The notes under the pieces were generated by a model. The model did no database searches. It had not been told where the DNA came from and saw only the letters and a list, made by a program, of their open reading frames with translations. Below, one piece after another: positions 37,700-52,170 of a stretch of 64,000 nt of DNA. This DNA comes from Epiperipatus broadwayi. Its lineage: Eukaryota; Animalia; Onychophora. Made by a program: the position numbers and the translations under genes. Numbering within the stretch: position 1 is the stretch's first letter; every line of letters starts with the position of its first letter. The stretch spans positions 3,224,001-3,288,000 of the forward strand of contig JAQFVV010000007.1 in the NCBI GenBank assembly GCA_028023455.1, read 5' to 3'.

Positions 37700-39110
37700 A
37701 AAAAAAATGTACTGAAGAAAAGGCAGAGTAAAAAAAAAGGGCAAAAAGTCAGGCATAAAGCAGAAAAACCAAAAAAGATGGAAATCTGCATCTGAAATAC
37801 AGGACATAGACGATATAACAGAAGAATCAATAAAAGAAGTTCTTGTTGCTTTAGAGAAAAGTTAGAATGAGATCAACAACCCTTGACAGTTTAAAACATC
37901 ACAGAGGAACTTTAAAAAGATAATACATTGTGATTAATGATTGGATTGGAGCAGGGATCGTTACTGATTTGGATACTGCATTGGTGATTAATCATAAAGT
38001 GAAGAGAGATCAGACAAAAATCATGAACAAATTGGACATATAGTATAAGGAGAAAATATACTCAAAACAGCATCATTTGCATTTTTTATGGACACTATGA
38101 TAATACTAGGTTCATGTTAAAAAGAGAAAAGAAATAGTTAAATGTGTCCAGATATAATGAAAGAAGAACATTATGCTTTGTTCCTGAAAAGAGCAACTAA
38201 AAAGATGGAGAAATAATAGCTGTTAATTTAATTATGTGATTCAAGCTGTTTGAGTGATTCCTATTATGTAAACACTAAACATGCAATACATTGGAGAGAA
38301 GCTATGAAGAAAGCTGGTATAAACTGTCAATGCATGGGCAAACTATCAGATTCTTTTGATGACTCATTTAAATGATTCAGCAAATGCAAAACTTGCTATT
38401 AAACTGGAAATAAATCCTGATTTTACTGTTGATTCTGATCTGCTTCATGTTAGCAATGAAGTTATAAACAAGCACAGATCAAAGTTACAGCTACAGAATT
38501 TTATTAACCACTATTAAAACAGATGTTTTGTGCAAGAATCTGGTTATGTTGAAAATGGGATTAGTACTACACAGCAAATGATTCACATCATCTTTAAAGT
38601 TCATAAGAATATGGATTTAAATCAGAAAAATTTAAGAATAGCAGAATTCTGTGGAACATGTATAAGGAATCCCTAGCATCTGCACTTTCAATTGAAAGCT
38701 TCTAGTGCAAAAATATATGGTAGTCATGGTCATAGTGAGTGTGTTTGAAAATCTATATTGTGCAGTGAAGATGGTCAGAAGAGAGATGAGAAACAGAAAT
38801 TATTGAAGATTAGACATCAAGAAGATTGGTAACTACAGTATGGAGAGAAAATTGTAAGACCCAGAAAACATCATTCACCAATCATGAACTAACTACAACT
38901 ACTCTCAGTTATTTACCATTTATCTATGCTATGAAATAGCACCAGAAATCAAAGCATATCTAAGTAAGACCATTCTTATTGCCAACAGAACATCACCCAC
39001 TTAGTCAGCAAAAAGATTTATAAAGATGACAATTGAAGCTAAATTAAATGCAAAATCGGGAAAGAAAGAATATTTTGTTAAATAGTAGCAAACAATGAAT
39101 GTAGATAATT
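37700..39110 (+). pseudogene. Decayed ORF remnant ending in a chromodomain-like motif; family unknown
   Basis: Purine-rich, stop-riddled frames including KHAIHWREAMKKAGINCQCMGKL and KSGKKEYFVK* (about 39053-39085). Confidence 0.3.
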
Positions 39111-39674
39111 TAAAGAATATTATTAACCACAAATTCAAATTATTTGAATGTTGTTTTAAATAATGATCTAATGAGTTATAGCTAGGGAATTCATATCAGT
39201 TCAAGCACCAAAGATGACAGAGATGGGCCACAATCCATGCATCCTTAGCCCCACATCCTCTATTCTACTACTGCACTTAATTGCAGACATTTTAACTGTT
39301 TATGTTAATAATTATCCAAATATATATGACTTAATTTCCATATAATTCAACTATGATTTCATGTAGATGAAATTGAATTTCCTTTAATACTCAAGTCGCA
39401 AATTGCAATTTTAATCACTAATTATTTCTAAGGATTCTAGCAACTTCTTGTCTAATTCATTCCCTTTCAGTTGTCTTGAGTTTGGACTAATATGTGTATT
39501 TCTGAAAAATAATAATTACATTAAGATAATTTTTCTATTTAATATCTTTTATAATACACCCGGGTCTCATTTTATGCAGATTTATTTAATGCGATTTTGA
39601 AGTTATGCGATTCATGATTCTTCTTAATATCTTTGTATGCGTTTTTCTTTTATGTGATAAAAATTATTAGATCA

Positions 39675-39773
39675 GAAGTCGAACTCCAATAATGCGCTAT
39701 TACTTTAAATATTATAAATTTCGTGCACTCATGTCATATTTCAAGTAATAGTGCATTATCGGAGTTGGACTTC
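39675..39773. repeat. Nested foldback with 38-bp arms
   Basis: 39675-39712 against 39736-39773, about 4 mismatches. Confidence 0.7.
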
Positions 39774-39890
39774 CAACTAATTATTTCAATATTTTCAGCG
39801 CTTTATAATAGTACTGTAATAGATTTTACGTAATAAAGAAGTTCATAATTCACTTAAAATCAGAATTTTCCCATTTTATATACACACATT

Positions 39891-40190
39891 AAATTTTACA
39901 AGACTATAATGTAAATCTGTTCAAACGTTATAGATGAAAAATACTATGTTTGCTGTTGTTTTTGCATTTTAAATCACGTTCTATTTTTGCTTTTTATAAA
40001 AAGAGTATGTAATTAATTAATCATTTAGTGTCCGCAAGTAATAAATTTTACAAGATTATAATGTAAATCTGTTCAAACGTTATAGATGCCTATACAATGT
40101 AGGTTGTTGTTTTTTCATTTTAAATCACGTTCAATTTTTGCTTTTTATGAAATGAGTATGTAATCAATTAATCATTTAGTGTCCGCAAGT
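39891..40190 (+). repeat. Tandem duplication with a 152-bp unit
   Basis: AAATTTTACAAGA...GTCCGCAAGT starting at 39891 and 40043. Confidence 0.85.
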
Positions 40191-41649
40191 TTATTTTTAA
40201 AAGGTGAGTAACAGCAGAGGGCACAATTAAATTTGGCAATTAAAATCTGATTTTTAATTGTAATTAACAATTTAAAAATTACATAACGAGGTGATGTGAA
40301 ACAATGAATTTTGATTTTCAAACGGAATTGAAAATTAAAAAATTAAAGACAAAAATAAGAATTTAATTTTTAATTGTTAGTTTTAATTAAATTTTGCCCA
40401 ACAGTGGTGAGTCGGTGTCTTTTTATTATCTTAAGTTCTTATTTTTATTTTAAACTTTTAGTTTACGCTAACGGAGAGAAAAAAAACACCCAAGAAAATG
40501 AATTTCTTTGGAAACAAAAATTTCAATTTTAGATCACTTAGCGAAATGGGAAGGATCAATAGCAACTGGAAAATGTTTTAGCTGTATTTCCTCTTGACTT
40601 CGTTTAGGAGAAGTTACAGTACTTCACATCACATTATGACGAATCTGATGTCTCAAATAGCGATAATAATTAAAATACCGTACATGTATGAAAAAAATGT
40701 AAATTACGCATAAAATATATTGTTTTGAATAAAATTAAATACTGTAGTTAATAAAAAAAGTTTGTCTTGTATCAATTTTTTTCAAATTTGAAATTTTTTA
40801 TTAGTCATATTTTATTTTCTTATTTTTTTTTTATACAAATTTTAAAGTAATTTTTCCTCCTTGCTTTGCTTTTATGCGATTTTAGGAAAATGACAGTACG
40901 TATCCCCCATTTTTCAAGGTAAGTTAAGTCTATTTTTGTGCGATTTCTTTTGTGTGCGTTTTCTGAGGAAACTATCTACCACATAAAACGAGACCCAGGT
41001 GTAATCTTTTAATTTCAAGAACTCTATTAATGGGTATCAAGCTATTCTTAGATGATAAAACAAATTTATAAAAAATTATTCAAATCTCATCCTTTGGCAG
41101 TTGAAAATTCTCTTTGGAGACAATAACTGGGAATTTTTGTTTAGCTATTCTAATATAAATCTGTTATCATTTTATATAAGTGTGTGTACATATACACCTA
41201 TACACACAATCTTTATGTGAAATTCACAATAGCAATCATAATCAATTTGTATCCATTATTTTGATTTAAATCAATTATTCACTATAACGATTGTAAAAAA
41301 AATTAAATTTTTTTGGCAGCCATTTTGAAAATTGATGACATCGTAACATAGTTATTAACATTGTTATCCAAAGCAAAATAGTGACTTTCATACTGAAACT
41401 ATACAGTGAAGAGTTTATTTCTTAGGACACAATACACTACACAATATTAATGCCATATGCAATAATTTTGATTATAAATTTAAAATGAACAGTATTATAT
41501 TTAATTTTCAGCCAGTGTTTTCACAAGACAATCAGTTCTTCATTAATGGTCTACCCAAAGTAAAGATTTTCATTCATTAATGATTACATCTACACCACCC
41601 CCCAGATTTTCATTCATTATAATAAATAATCAAAATCATATTTTAATGA

Positions 41650-42330
41650 TATACAAACAGTCATATCTGACTTTGCCTTCAGAAGTGGACTAGTCCAGTG
41701 TCCTTCCTTATCTGATTGTATTGAGTATGCATTTCCACTAACCAATGTGTAAACATGTGGATTACCATTGTATAAACATGACCAAAGAGTGAAACATAAG
41801 TATGGTCAATGTGTAAACATGTGTATAAAATCCTACCATTGGTTAGGCTCTCTGAATCTGATTGCTGCCAGTAAGGTAAAAGGATCTGGCAATAAATAGT
41901 CAGCCTTTTTGGAGGCAAGCCAGAGAACATCTGTCTACCTGAATGAATGAATGTGCTCTTCATTGAAATTACTTCCAACAACAAAGGTGTTTCTACTAGT
42001 CACTAACCGACATGTCTACACAGTGAGGCAAGTCCTACGATAGGCTGGAAACTGCTACGACTTTGACAGACTCAAGGCAAGCTGTTTAGTACAGTCAGAA
42101 GAGTCATTTAACAAACTCGAGGCAAGCTGTCCAGTACAGCCAGAAGACTTAAGACTAGAACTCATGATGCAAACTAATATTTATAGCTGTAAGTCCAGTC
42201 ATTCGGCATGACCAGCACAGTACCAACTATGTTTATCTATGTATAACTACTTTGGAAATGTTCATATTTATTTCGATATTACTGTTGGTTTGAGTCTGAA
42301 CCCAGCAATTCAGCCAAACCCAATACAAAC
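41650..42330. mobile_element. Possible solo LTR
   Basis: GC-richer island; TGTATTG (41717) ... CAATACA (42327) inverted ends; internal 32-bp direct repeat near 42070-42150; TSD not convincing. Confidence 0.3.
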
Positions 42331-44349
42331 CAAATACTTTAATATCTTTTTTTAAATTTTAAAATGGGTATATTAGTTTAAAAAGTGTACATTCTATTTA
42401 CTTTCAGGGATTATTATTTTTACTAACACTACTTTGCTTGCAGCAAAAATAACCATCAACATATTGCAATTTAGTTATCACATTGTTTATTTTGAAAAAA
42501 AAAAAAAAGATTTCATAATAATGAACTTAGTAATTACTAAATCTAATTAAAAATAATGCAATCTATTTGCTCAATTTTGAAATATCTCATAATGTTATCG
42601 TTCATGTATAAAAGTGTAGAACTGAAAAAAAATATAAAAATTTTATTCAGCATAAAATTTTTATATAAATATATTTTCAGTTTTAAAAAATGTATACAAA
42701 ATTGCATACAAATAAACTGAAAAAGCTTCATACCTTTAATATCTATTAGTTCTACTATACTAATCGAAAAATTTTTAAGTCATTTCAAAGAACATGTCTA
42801 TGACACAACATGTAATAAAACACGACTTCTTGTGGCAAAAAAATTTCATGGCTAATGTACATATTTATATACTGTATAAAGTAGTCTTTATTTAGATCTG
42901 CATAGCACATATTGTAAAAAAAAAAAGCCTTTAAATATTGAGTACAATATCCAAACAGAGAATGCATTAGATACATTTTTTTTTCTTTTTTAATACATCA
43001 GAATATTTTTTATTAGAGGCAGTTTTGACAATCTACAAAATGCTAATTTTGCTACTCTTACAATAATGATAAATAACAAATCTTTATGATCAATTAAATA
43101 AGTTATTAAACTTTTTTTTTTAAAATTCTGAATAATTTTTATGTAAGTAATATAATATAGTAATACAAATTTGAAAAAAATAAAAAGATCTTTTTCAGTG
43201 CAATGAGAAACAGTTACATGCAAAAACAATCTTAAGTCATGTGGAAAGAGAAAGAAATCATGTTATCTATTCTTCTGTGGACTTATCCATGTTTACTGGT
43301 GCCACTATTTTTAAAATCAAAGACAAATTAGAACAAAATGCTCAAACCATTGTAGGTGTATCAAAACTTTCCAATATCATGAAATCGTGGCTTCCCATAT
43401 AAAAAAATCCAAAAAGCACATTAAACATCCATTCTAAACTGTTTTTCTAGATCTTCAGCCATCGTATGGTGCACTACTCCCCCCCCCCCAAACTAATATC
43501 ATCATAGGATTTAAAAGATAACAATGGACCTTGGAATAAGCAATTTATGATAACTGATTGATGAATGGATGGCTGGAAAGAACAACTTTAAGACAAGTGT
43601 TTTTTATAGATTTAAGTTGCATTATTATACATACATATTTTAAGTGCTTACTTGCATAATACATATAGAACAGTTTACACAAACATATTGTACATTGACA
43701 GTTTTTTTTAATTACTATATGTACTAGATTATGTTGTTTGTTAACAGCTTATAATGTAATTTTTAGCTGGAGGAATCAGCCAATTTTTTCCCATAACAAA
43801 TCATTATAAATACTTGTGCTTTGTGCAATATTCTTGTTTAATGAGATTTGGGGAAGCAATTGTCTTCACTAAGTGGGGTGCTAAATATTTAGATTTGCTA
43901 TTTTTGAGAATAGTTGCAATGAATTAATATTCTTATTATTTAAATATCTTGAATAATACATTTAAATAAAATGAATGATTATAAAATAGTAAAATGATAG
44001 AGTTGATGATTCTTCACTTCAACTTAATCTCAAATAGAATAAAAATTCTTAAGACTAAATAATATATATATATATCCCAAATAACAAAAACAATTGGTTC
44101 CCTGTAATCATCATAGATCAAAAATTTTGTATACAAAAAGTAATTACAAGGTTTCCTATGATAAAAAGTTTACTTATTAACACACATTTAAAATTTCTCA
44201 TAAACTTTAATATCCAATGAATAGAAAAAGTTTAAAATTGGAAAAAAAAAAAGATAAATGAATAAACATTTTATTAGGCATATTAACATGCAAATTCTAA
44301 CATTAATGTTTATGTTACTATTGTGGGCTACACAATTTTCTAATCTTTA

Positions 44350-45150
44350 ATAATGAACCAAATGCATTTTCAAATTTGAACCTTATTATCATGGACAATA
44401 TAAGGAAAAAGAGTACTTTAGAATTAAAAAGATATAATAATTATATTACTGGAAAAATATACACTAATTAAATACAAATATTTTAATATTAAAACAACTC
44501 TTTCCTGGAAAATTCTGTGTTATTTCAGAGTACCACTTCCAGTTATCTTTTTTGATAGCGTTTGAACAGTCTATAAGCCAATCTTGTGGTAAAGATTTTC
44601 AAATGATCAGCAAAGATGATGCATCGTAGTTTTCATTTTTATTAATAAAAGGCAGGAGTTAACAGAAAAATATAAATCTCTATAGTTCAATGGCTAAATT
44701 TCAAATCTCAATTACTCAAAATGATGCCACATTTTATTCAACAAACAGAATCAGTTATAAAGATAATGTTTTGTTGTCTTCTATAATTTTCAAGATGTTG
44801 GTAGATATATTTAAGTATATGATGTTTTAAAAGGATTTATGTTTCAGTCATTGAGAAAGAAGAAAAAAATTACTTTATTTTTGCTACAATAAAAGTAAGT
44901 CTAGTTTTCTTTATTTTTTTATCCACTTAAATAAATTTATCACTTTTTGTTAATTTGGTCTTTTTTTAATTATGGAATTTGATAATGAAAGAATTAAGAC
45001 ATAATTGTAATTAAAAAAACATTGAAATTATTGTATCGGAATCCCATTGTCAAATGTGGTAAATATATCAGGATTTTGTTTTTATTAATCAACTAACTTT
45101 CTATAAAAGCACTTCAAATTTTTTTCTTGCAGAATATTTTTTGACATTTG
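44350..45150 (-). mobile_element. Decayed CR1/Jockey-group RT fragment
   Basis: CIIFADHLKIF (FADD-like) near 44595-44626. Confidence 0.4.
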
Positions 45151-45465
45151 TTGGCACATCTTCATACCATCCATCATTACCTTATAGTCTAGATAATTCT
45201 CATATTCCTAGTTTTTACAGCTCACTGATACCAACAAGTACTCTTATTTATCTTAGATGATACTCTGAAATAAGATTTCCTTCTATCCCTATCTAATTTA
45301 TGCAAACTACATAATCTACCTTTTTATATATATTATTTATTACATATTATAAAAAATAATAAAAATATCAGATATAATAGCTATTATAGAAAATATATAT
45401 TAATAGTTATATACAAAAAGCCTTTTATGGCACATGATTTTTAACTGGTAACTTGGAATTGTGTA

Positions 45466-45839
45466 CAGAATCCCATCTACTATAATAGAAGCAAAAATAA
45501 CAATAAATAAAGAAAAACATGAATAAAATAAAATAAATTTATGATACAGCAATTCAGATTGTTAGAGATTCAATAAAGATTGAAACAAATTAACTATATA
45601 ACATAATAATACACAGAATAAATAAAAATTGTCTTATACAACTTTATACAGAATATCTTATTATATATAAATATTTAAATTTGTATATGTTTTTATTTAT
45701 TCTGTATATATGTAATGTTATATTATACAATTGTTTTAATCTTTATTGAATCTATAATAATCTAGAAATTTCTGTATCATAATTTTATTTTATTAATTAT
45801 TATTTTTACTTCTATTATAAACCAGTAGATGGTGCCCTG
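45466..45839. mobile_element. Tc1/mariner-type foldback MITE (374 bp, long TIRs, TA TSD)
   Basis: TA-CAG...CCATCTAC at the left end and GTAGATGG...CTG-TA at the right; about 150-170 bp of imperfect inverted arms. Confidence 0.7.
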
Positions 45840-45899
45840 TATGCAATACTAGAGATGGAAAACTTGTATGGAGAGTAAAAAGAGTTTAAATATATATAG

Positions 45900-46530
45900 A
45901 AGTAAATAGAATATTGGGTGCAAGTTAATTTATGATAATAGCAAGAAAAATAGTTTACTGTTTAAGGCTCGAACAGGATCTTTAGCGACAAGGGAATATA
46001 CACATAAATTGGTAAATATTGATGATTTAGTCTGCAAGTTGTGTAAGGAACATATAGAAAATATTAGGCATTTGTTAATTGAATATAAATGCCTGCAAGA
46101 AGAAAGAGTTCAAATAATGTTGTGGAAGAATAAGTATAAGCAAAGTGATTATATAGAAAGTGGGTTCTTGGTTTTTATGCTGGGTTTGGGAAACATAAGG
46201 GAGATTTAAACATAAAGGCCATGGAGTTGAAAAAGATTACGTTGTGGAAATGGGTGGAGCAGGATAGAGAAGAATATAGGAAAAAACTTAAGAGTGGAAA
46301 ATGGAAAAAGAAGGCAAATGGCTAACAGAATTCTCTGGGCATAGTGGGTGAGAGATTCCTGACTCCAAAAAATAAGCCACATGTTATGGAAATGGGATAC
46401 AGCAGGATAGAGAACAATATGGGAAAAACTTAGGGTGGGGAATGGAAAGGGAAAGTAAGGTGGCTAACAGGTTTTTCTGAGCATAGTAGCTGAGAGATTC
46501 CTGACTTTGATAAAGAAGTAGCCACATCAC
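45900..46530 (+). mobile_element. LINE 3' end with a C-terminal CCHC motif and a duplicated 142-bp segment
   Basis: VCKLCKEHIENIRHLLIEYKCL (ORF 46009-46209); repeat units start at 46241 and 46383. Confidence 0.5.
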
Positions 46531-48869
46531 ATAAGTCAAAACAATGTCTAACATTTGACAAGGGCAAAAAATCATATGCTGAAAAAGGCTTTTAATGTAT
46601 AATTATTACTATATATTTTCTATAATACAATATTTTTATTATTTTTTATAAGAAAAAAAAAATTGAACTTTAATTTTTATTTGTGATATTATTCATTATA
46701 TCATTTCCACTGCCACTCCACATACCTGTCTTTATCTAAACTTGTTGTCTTTTTATTTATCAATAAGCTATTTTGATGAAGCAGCAATTTTTGTTTTATT
46801 TCTTTTGCTCACTTTATCATATTTTTATCCCATTTAGTATTACACTTTGTACCTAAGGCTATATATATATATCTGTTTATGCAATAAAATTGAATTCAAA
46901 GCTAAGAAAATAGGTATTCTCTATGAAATATTATAAATGCTATTATTTTTCTTGTTAAATATAGTTTGTAAATATTTCATTTCCTTTAGCCTCAATATGA
47001 TGCACTTATTGCACTAATAAAAACATTGTATCTCATATTGACAGAGGATTGGAATAGTTTTATATAAAAATAGTGATTATATATTTGCAATAATGACAAT
47101 TTTTAATTTATTCTCTTACAATTACTGATAATAAAAAGTCTATATTTTATTAAATAATGTAATCAATTATCTAATTTAAATCATTAGAGAGTTATAAAAC
47201 ATAATATTATAAATAAGAGCATTTAACTACTATTTACCAGATTATTGTGAAAATAAAATTAAGATATAATTACTAAACTCTGAACTGTAAAATGTGAAAG
47301 GCTATTATAATGAATGGTATTTAGTAATGTTTGAGAACATGGCCCAGTTGATGACGTTGGATCCCTTGAAAACAAGCCTACAAGATTTGTCTAATCACAA
47401 TTCACAATTTTGCAATCATGTCATATGTAATATCTTATTTTCATAATAAACTGATAGAGGGCGCTTAAATTACAAATAATTAAATAGTCAAGAAAATGGT
47501 ATGCACAGTATTTGCCATTACATTTTTTATTTTACACTTGCAAATTTTAATGTAACTTTTTTATACGGCTTTAAACATTTATTTTAAAACAAAACTTCTA
47601 ATGATTATTAAAATTAACAATACACTTGTACAAAAGAAAGAAATAAAAATATTAAAATTTAGTGACATATTAATAATAATATATAACAAAACTAATAATG
47701 CATTTAATGTTGAACATGAACAATACTTAAATATTTCTGCAGTACTTGTTAAGAATTATACTAATAATATTTACAATAAGTGGTAAAATTCATTTTCATT
47801 GTTACGCAATCTTATTAAAATAGTATATAAGATTTTTCTAATTATAAAATGCATCAATTGGTGAGAAAATAAAATAAAATGACTGAAATTGAATAGCAAT
47901 AGTCTTGAGTATCTTTTATATTTACAAACAATATATTAACAAAAGATTATATACTAACAAAATATCCCTTGACTTTTTCTGCCTACATTTAACACCTGCC
48001 TATAAGATTTCCTACATTTATTCTACTCAAAGCCATTTATTGTAAGCTTGAGTAATTATGAACACTAGTACAATATCCACATCTCCATGCTAGATTTGAG
48101 CTATCTCCAGTAAGAAGCAGAAATGCATTCTCAATCTAGCCACACTGGTAAATCTTTTATTTCTGAAATTCAAAAGGTTTTGAACTCAAGACAACTTGGT
48201 TGTATTTTTAAATAGGTCATTAGCTATAAATTTTAATGTCATCAATTTGTGTTAAATGTAAATGTTTTTCATTCTTTTGGCTAGCTAATGGCCAGACTAA
48301 TCATAGCACTAACCAATGATTATTTAGGTTTACAACATGCATATATTACTCTATAATCAGAACAATAACAACTTGTGTAGTAAATGTTTATCAAAACAAT
48401 AATTATATAGTGAGAAAGTAAAAATAAAGTTTTATTTATATATCTAAATTTTATTTTTTTGTTATCTCTTAATATAAAATAAACACAATATTTTAGCACC
48501 ATCTATCAGTAAATAAATAAAGTAAAAAAAAAAATTTAACTTTTAATAAGCAGTCACTGATTTTATTTATTAATAGAATTCAATAAGATTTTAAAAAAGA
48601 TATTAAAAAAAGCAAATAATTTTTTGTTAATGAAATAAAATAATAAATTACATAAAGTAATCATTTTCTTTTTCAATATTTGCTTCATAATATCTATTTT
48701 TGACAGAAAATCCAAGTTTTAATAACATTTATTTACGAGCTTAGCCCATTTATTTATTTAAAAAAATGTTATGATCAAATCAAATTTAGCTCTCTAGATC
48801 TTCTATCGCTTTAAGTAACAAATTTATTTAATGTTTTCTTTTAGTATAGTTACAAAGTTTATTATGACT

Positions 48870-50500
48870 AATGATTCATGGTTTTGTTTGCTTTTATAGA
48901 TGAATGTTTCTACTGCAATGGATGTGTTTGAATATTACTAAACAAATAAGTATTAGGTGAAATTTTTCATACAGCAATTCTTAGAATGTTTTTTCCAATG
49001 TTTCCATTAATGAACAAAAGCTATGCTTATTTTCATTAGTAATAGCAATGAAAATATTATTTCCCAAAGATATATCAATGTGAATGGAATCAGAAATCTT
49101 ATTACAAAGTTCCGATTCAAGGCTTAAATCTATTTAGTTAATTATTTCTTCTTAAGATGACTATCCAGAGATTGCTAAATTACAGGGATGGAGCAAATGG
49201 CATTCTTATCCAGTCTCATTCTTTATTTTCAGTTAGGAAAAAAAATATAGAAAAAAAAAAATCAATTTGTGATATGGTTAATTATTATTCCTTTACTTTC
49301 CTATTGATAATAAAATATTATTTTTTGCAAAAAAATTCATGGAAAGAAACAATCATTTCTGTATTATTATCCCTAAAAAATTTCAGCTATGCAAAAAGAT
49401 TTTTGAAATGCTTGCAATTATGTTTAGGGGTTTTCTGGTAGAGAAAGATTCAATTCATTTACTTTTTTAAAAACTCCATCAAATAAAAAGGCAAACATAT
49501 CCAAAAAAAGAAAAATATTAAAAACTTTTTTTTGAACTTTACTATAAGATAGCCATCTTACATCTATGTAATATAAAAATCATTCATAATTGGAATTCAT
49601 CTCTTAGTATAAAATTTGAAAGTCTTATATCGGTGGTTATTTTTTATGCAAGTAACTATTGTGCAAACTTGTGATAACACTTTACTAAATGATTCTTCCA
49701 TATATTAAAATGCTACCTTTTTTCTGTGAATAATACACTTAGCATATCTTGCATTCAAACAAACTTTTTTAATTCTTTTATAAATTCTGAAATCCTACCA
49801 ATCATGGTTGCAACTCCAGTCGATGCAAAACCCCCAATGGACTTTTGCCATTTAACATCATTTTCTATAAAAAGTTATTCATTTTTTTAAATATAACTCT
49901 ATCTTTAGTTGCCAGAAAATTTTTTGTAAATAGCAGGTTTTCATGAATTTCAAAATTATACAGGTATCAATCAAAAACCATTAAATTAGCATCATTCTAA
50001 TTGTCAGCTGAACCATCAAATTGTATGGCAAATATAATACTTTGTTTGATTTTTAATGATATCATAGGTATAATATTGTCAGCATATCTATTCTTCTTTT
50101 AATTATGTCATTGAACACAGGAATTTCTTTTTTCCAAGAATTTGACATTTTGGTGCCATGGATAATTTCACAAATTTTTATTGCTGCTGTAAGACAAGAC
50201 CTTTGCCAATTGTATATATTATTTTTGTTTTAGCAATTAAAAAATAATTTCAAAAAAAGCTTTTACTAATTTCTCATTTAATTTAGCATGCTTTGAAAAA
50301 AAATTAGATGCCGTTTTAAATGTTGGGGATTTCTTTCAAAAATTCAAATGTCTTACTTTCAAATTCATTATGAATGGTACCTAAATGGTGACTGAGCAGG
50401 TTTCATATAATCATGACAACTTTTTCTAGAAAATTACACACATAAACTTATGTGGATCATTATACGAAGACACAATTATATATTTCAAGGAAGAAGAATC
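48870..50500 (-). pseudogene. Decayed hAT transposase (Charlie/SPIN/Buster, ZBED5/FAM200-like)
   Basis: Motifs in the expected order: MKPA, YTIGKGLVL, AIQFDGSAD (about 50001-50030), VKWQKSIG..(D)GVATMIGR, KCIIHR (49721-49740), DVRWLS, DWIRMPF, PNTYL. Confidence 0.8.
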
Positions 50501-51859
50501 GTATGTATGAATTTTTCCACATGATGTTTTCTATCTCATGCTACTTGAAAATAAAAATAATGTAGACGGTTGTGCTGCTTCTGGAAAAATATGAGCCACT
50601 GTTACTTGCAACTCAGGTTTTTTGATGTATTCATTGCTTTTGATTGGCTCCTTTTGCAAATATATTGTGCTTTTATTAGCCATTTATCCATTTCAGGATT
50701 AAATTTTTAATGAAGAATTATAAAATACATCATGTCTGTGAAACTCCTTATAAAGACAAAACTAGTAAACTAGGCAAGTTCTGACATATATGAATTGTAA
50801 AATAAACTGTGATTATTAGGTGGGTGTAACTAGAAAATTTTCTTATTAAAAGTGGTCAAGGGGTGCTGGTACTCATTACCCTCAAAAACACCCAACCTCA
50901 ATCAATGAGCATTAATCAAACACTAATATTGGAAGTTTGTAAGTAATAAACATAATGTACCATTATCAGCATTAATCATTAATACTCAACAGTCAAACCT
51001 TGTAAATGGATTTAAAATATCAACAATAGTGAACATAAAAAAAAAATGGAATTGTGAAATCATGCTGATTATCATCAGTGCTCTGAACCATTATGAGTAC
51101 ATCAATAAATTAGTTATCACGATAAAATTTATAAAGTGGAGTAACCAGACTTTGCATCATCCAGATAATCTTATAGTCCACACCAACACCTATTGTAAAT
51201 ATTTATGCTTGAACTGGGATTGCAAAGATCTTCGGGACTATAACTAATAATCTATAAATTCCTTAAAGTATCGCTCTTACGATGAAATCAGTTACATGAA
51301 TTGATAATTCATAGAGCAGAGAGCTAAAAGAATAAAGATATCAACTGTTTTTAAACAATTTAACAAAAAATTAAAAGAATGCAAAAATTTAGAAAATAGT
51401 AATTTGACAAACCCAAAATTTTACATATTGATCAACTCTATATATATATATAATTATTTTAAATAGTAATTTATTTAATCTAAAGAGCTATTTATTCCCT
51501 TACAGTAATCAAACCATAAAAAAAAAAAAACGTAAAGATTAATAATAATGAAAATCTCTTTTTTAAAATGGAAAAGCCTCACGCCATTTTGAAAAACATT
51601 AAGAAATTACCTTTTCAATCAAGCAAAAAAAAATTCATTAGTTTCAATTGTTTTTCTCTATAAAACAATATTTATAAATGTAAATGTACATGCTACCATA
51701 CCAAATTACTATGGATTTATTTTAGAATTCTTTTGTAGCTAACTGGTTGAGAATTTCTACTTATAATTTTTCATTTAACAATTCAATCAAAACTTTTGGC
51801 TCTAGGTTTTTTTTATAGTTTTATCAAATAGTTATTTAATTCAGTTAGCTTTTCTTCTT

Positions 51860-52170
51860 GTATTTCCATGTTTCCAATTTAACAATGATTTCATTCTAGA
51901 TTAACACAGGTTTCCAATTTAATCATCATTTTCATTAAAAGTTCTTCCATTAACTTTTATTTCTTGTAATTCCAAATTTCCACTTTAATAATTTTCGTGT
52001 TCAGTTTAATATTATTTCCTTTCAGATTAGATTTTTTTCTTCTTATGACTCCAAGCTTCCAGCTTAATAATTATTTCATTCCAGATTGACATATTTCCAG
52101 TTTAACAAAGTTCTTCCGTTAATTTTTTTCGTATAGCTCCAAGTTTCCAGTTTAATAATTTTCATAATCA
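51860..52170. repeat. Degenerate minisatellite (TTCCAATTTAA / TTCCAGTTTAA motifs)
   Basis: Motif recurs several times at irregular spacing. Confidence 0.45.

Larger units (their letters stand above)
39557..41001 (+). mobile_element. pogo/Tigger-like non-autonomous DNA transposon (1445 bp) with TA TSD
   Basis: TIR CACCYGGGTCTCRTTTTATG; TA at 39555-39556 and 41002-41003; repeated TTATGCG subterminal motifs; transposase N-terminal HTH remnant PRK*ISLETKISILDHLAKWEGSIATGKCF at about 40490-40580. Confidence 0.8.

Noticed and set aside
46475-46530. Hammerhead in the 142-bp tandem repeat (CTGAGAGA...)
   Set aside because: Does not match CUGANGA, and no stem II or GAAA arrangement.
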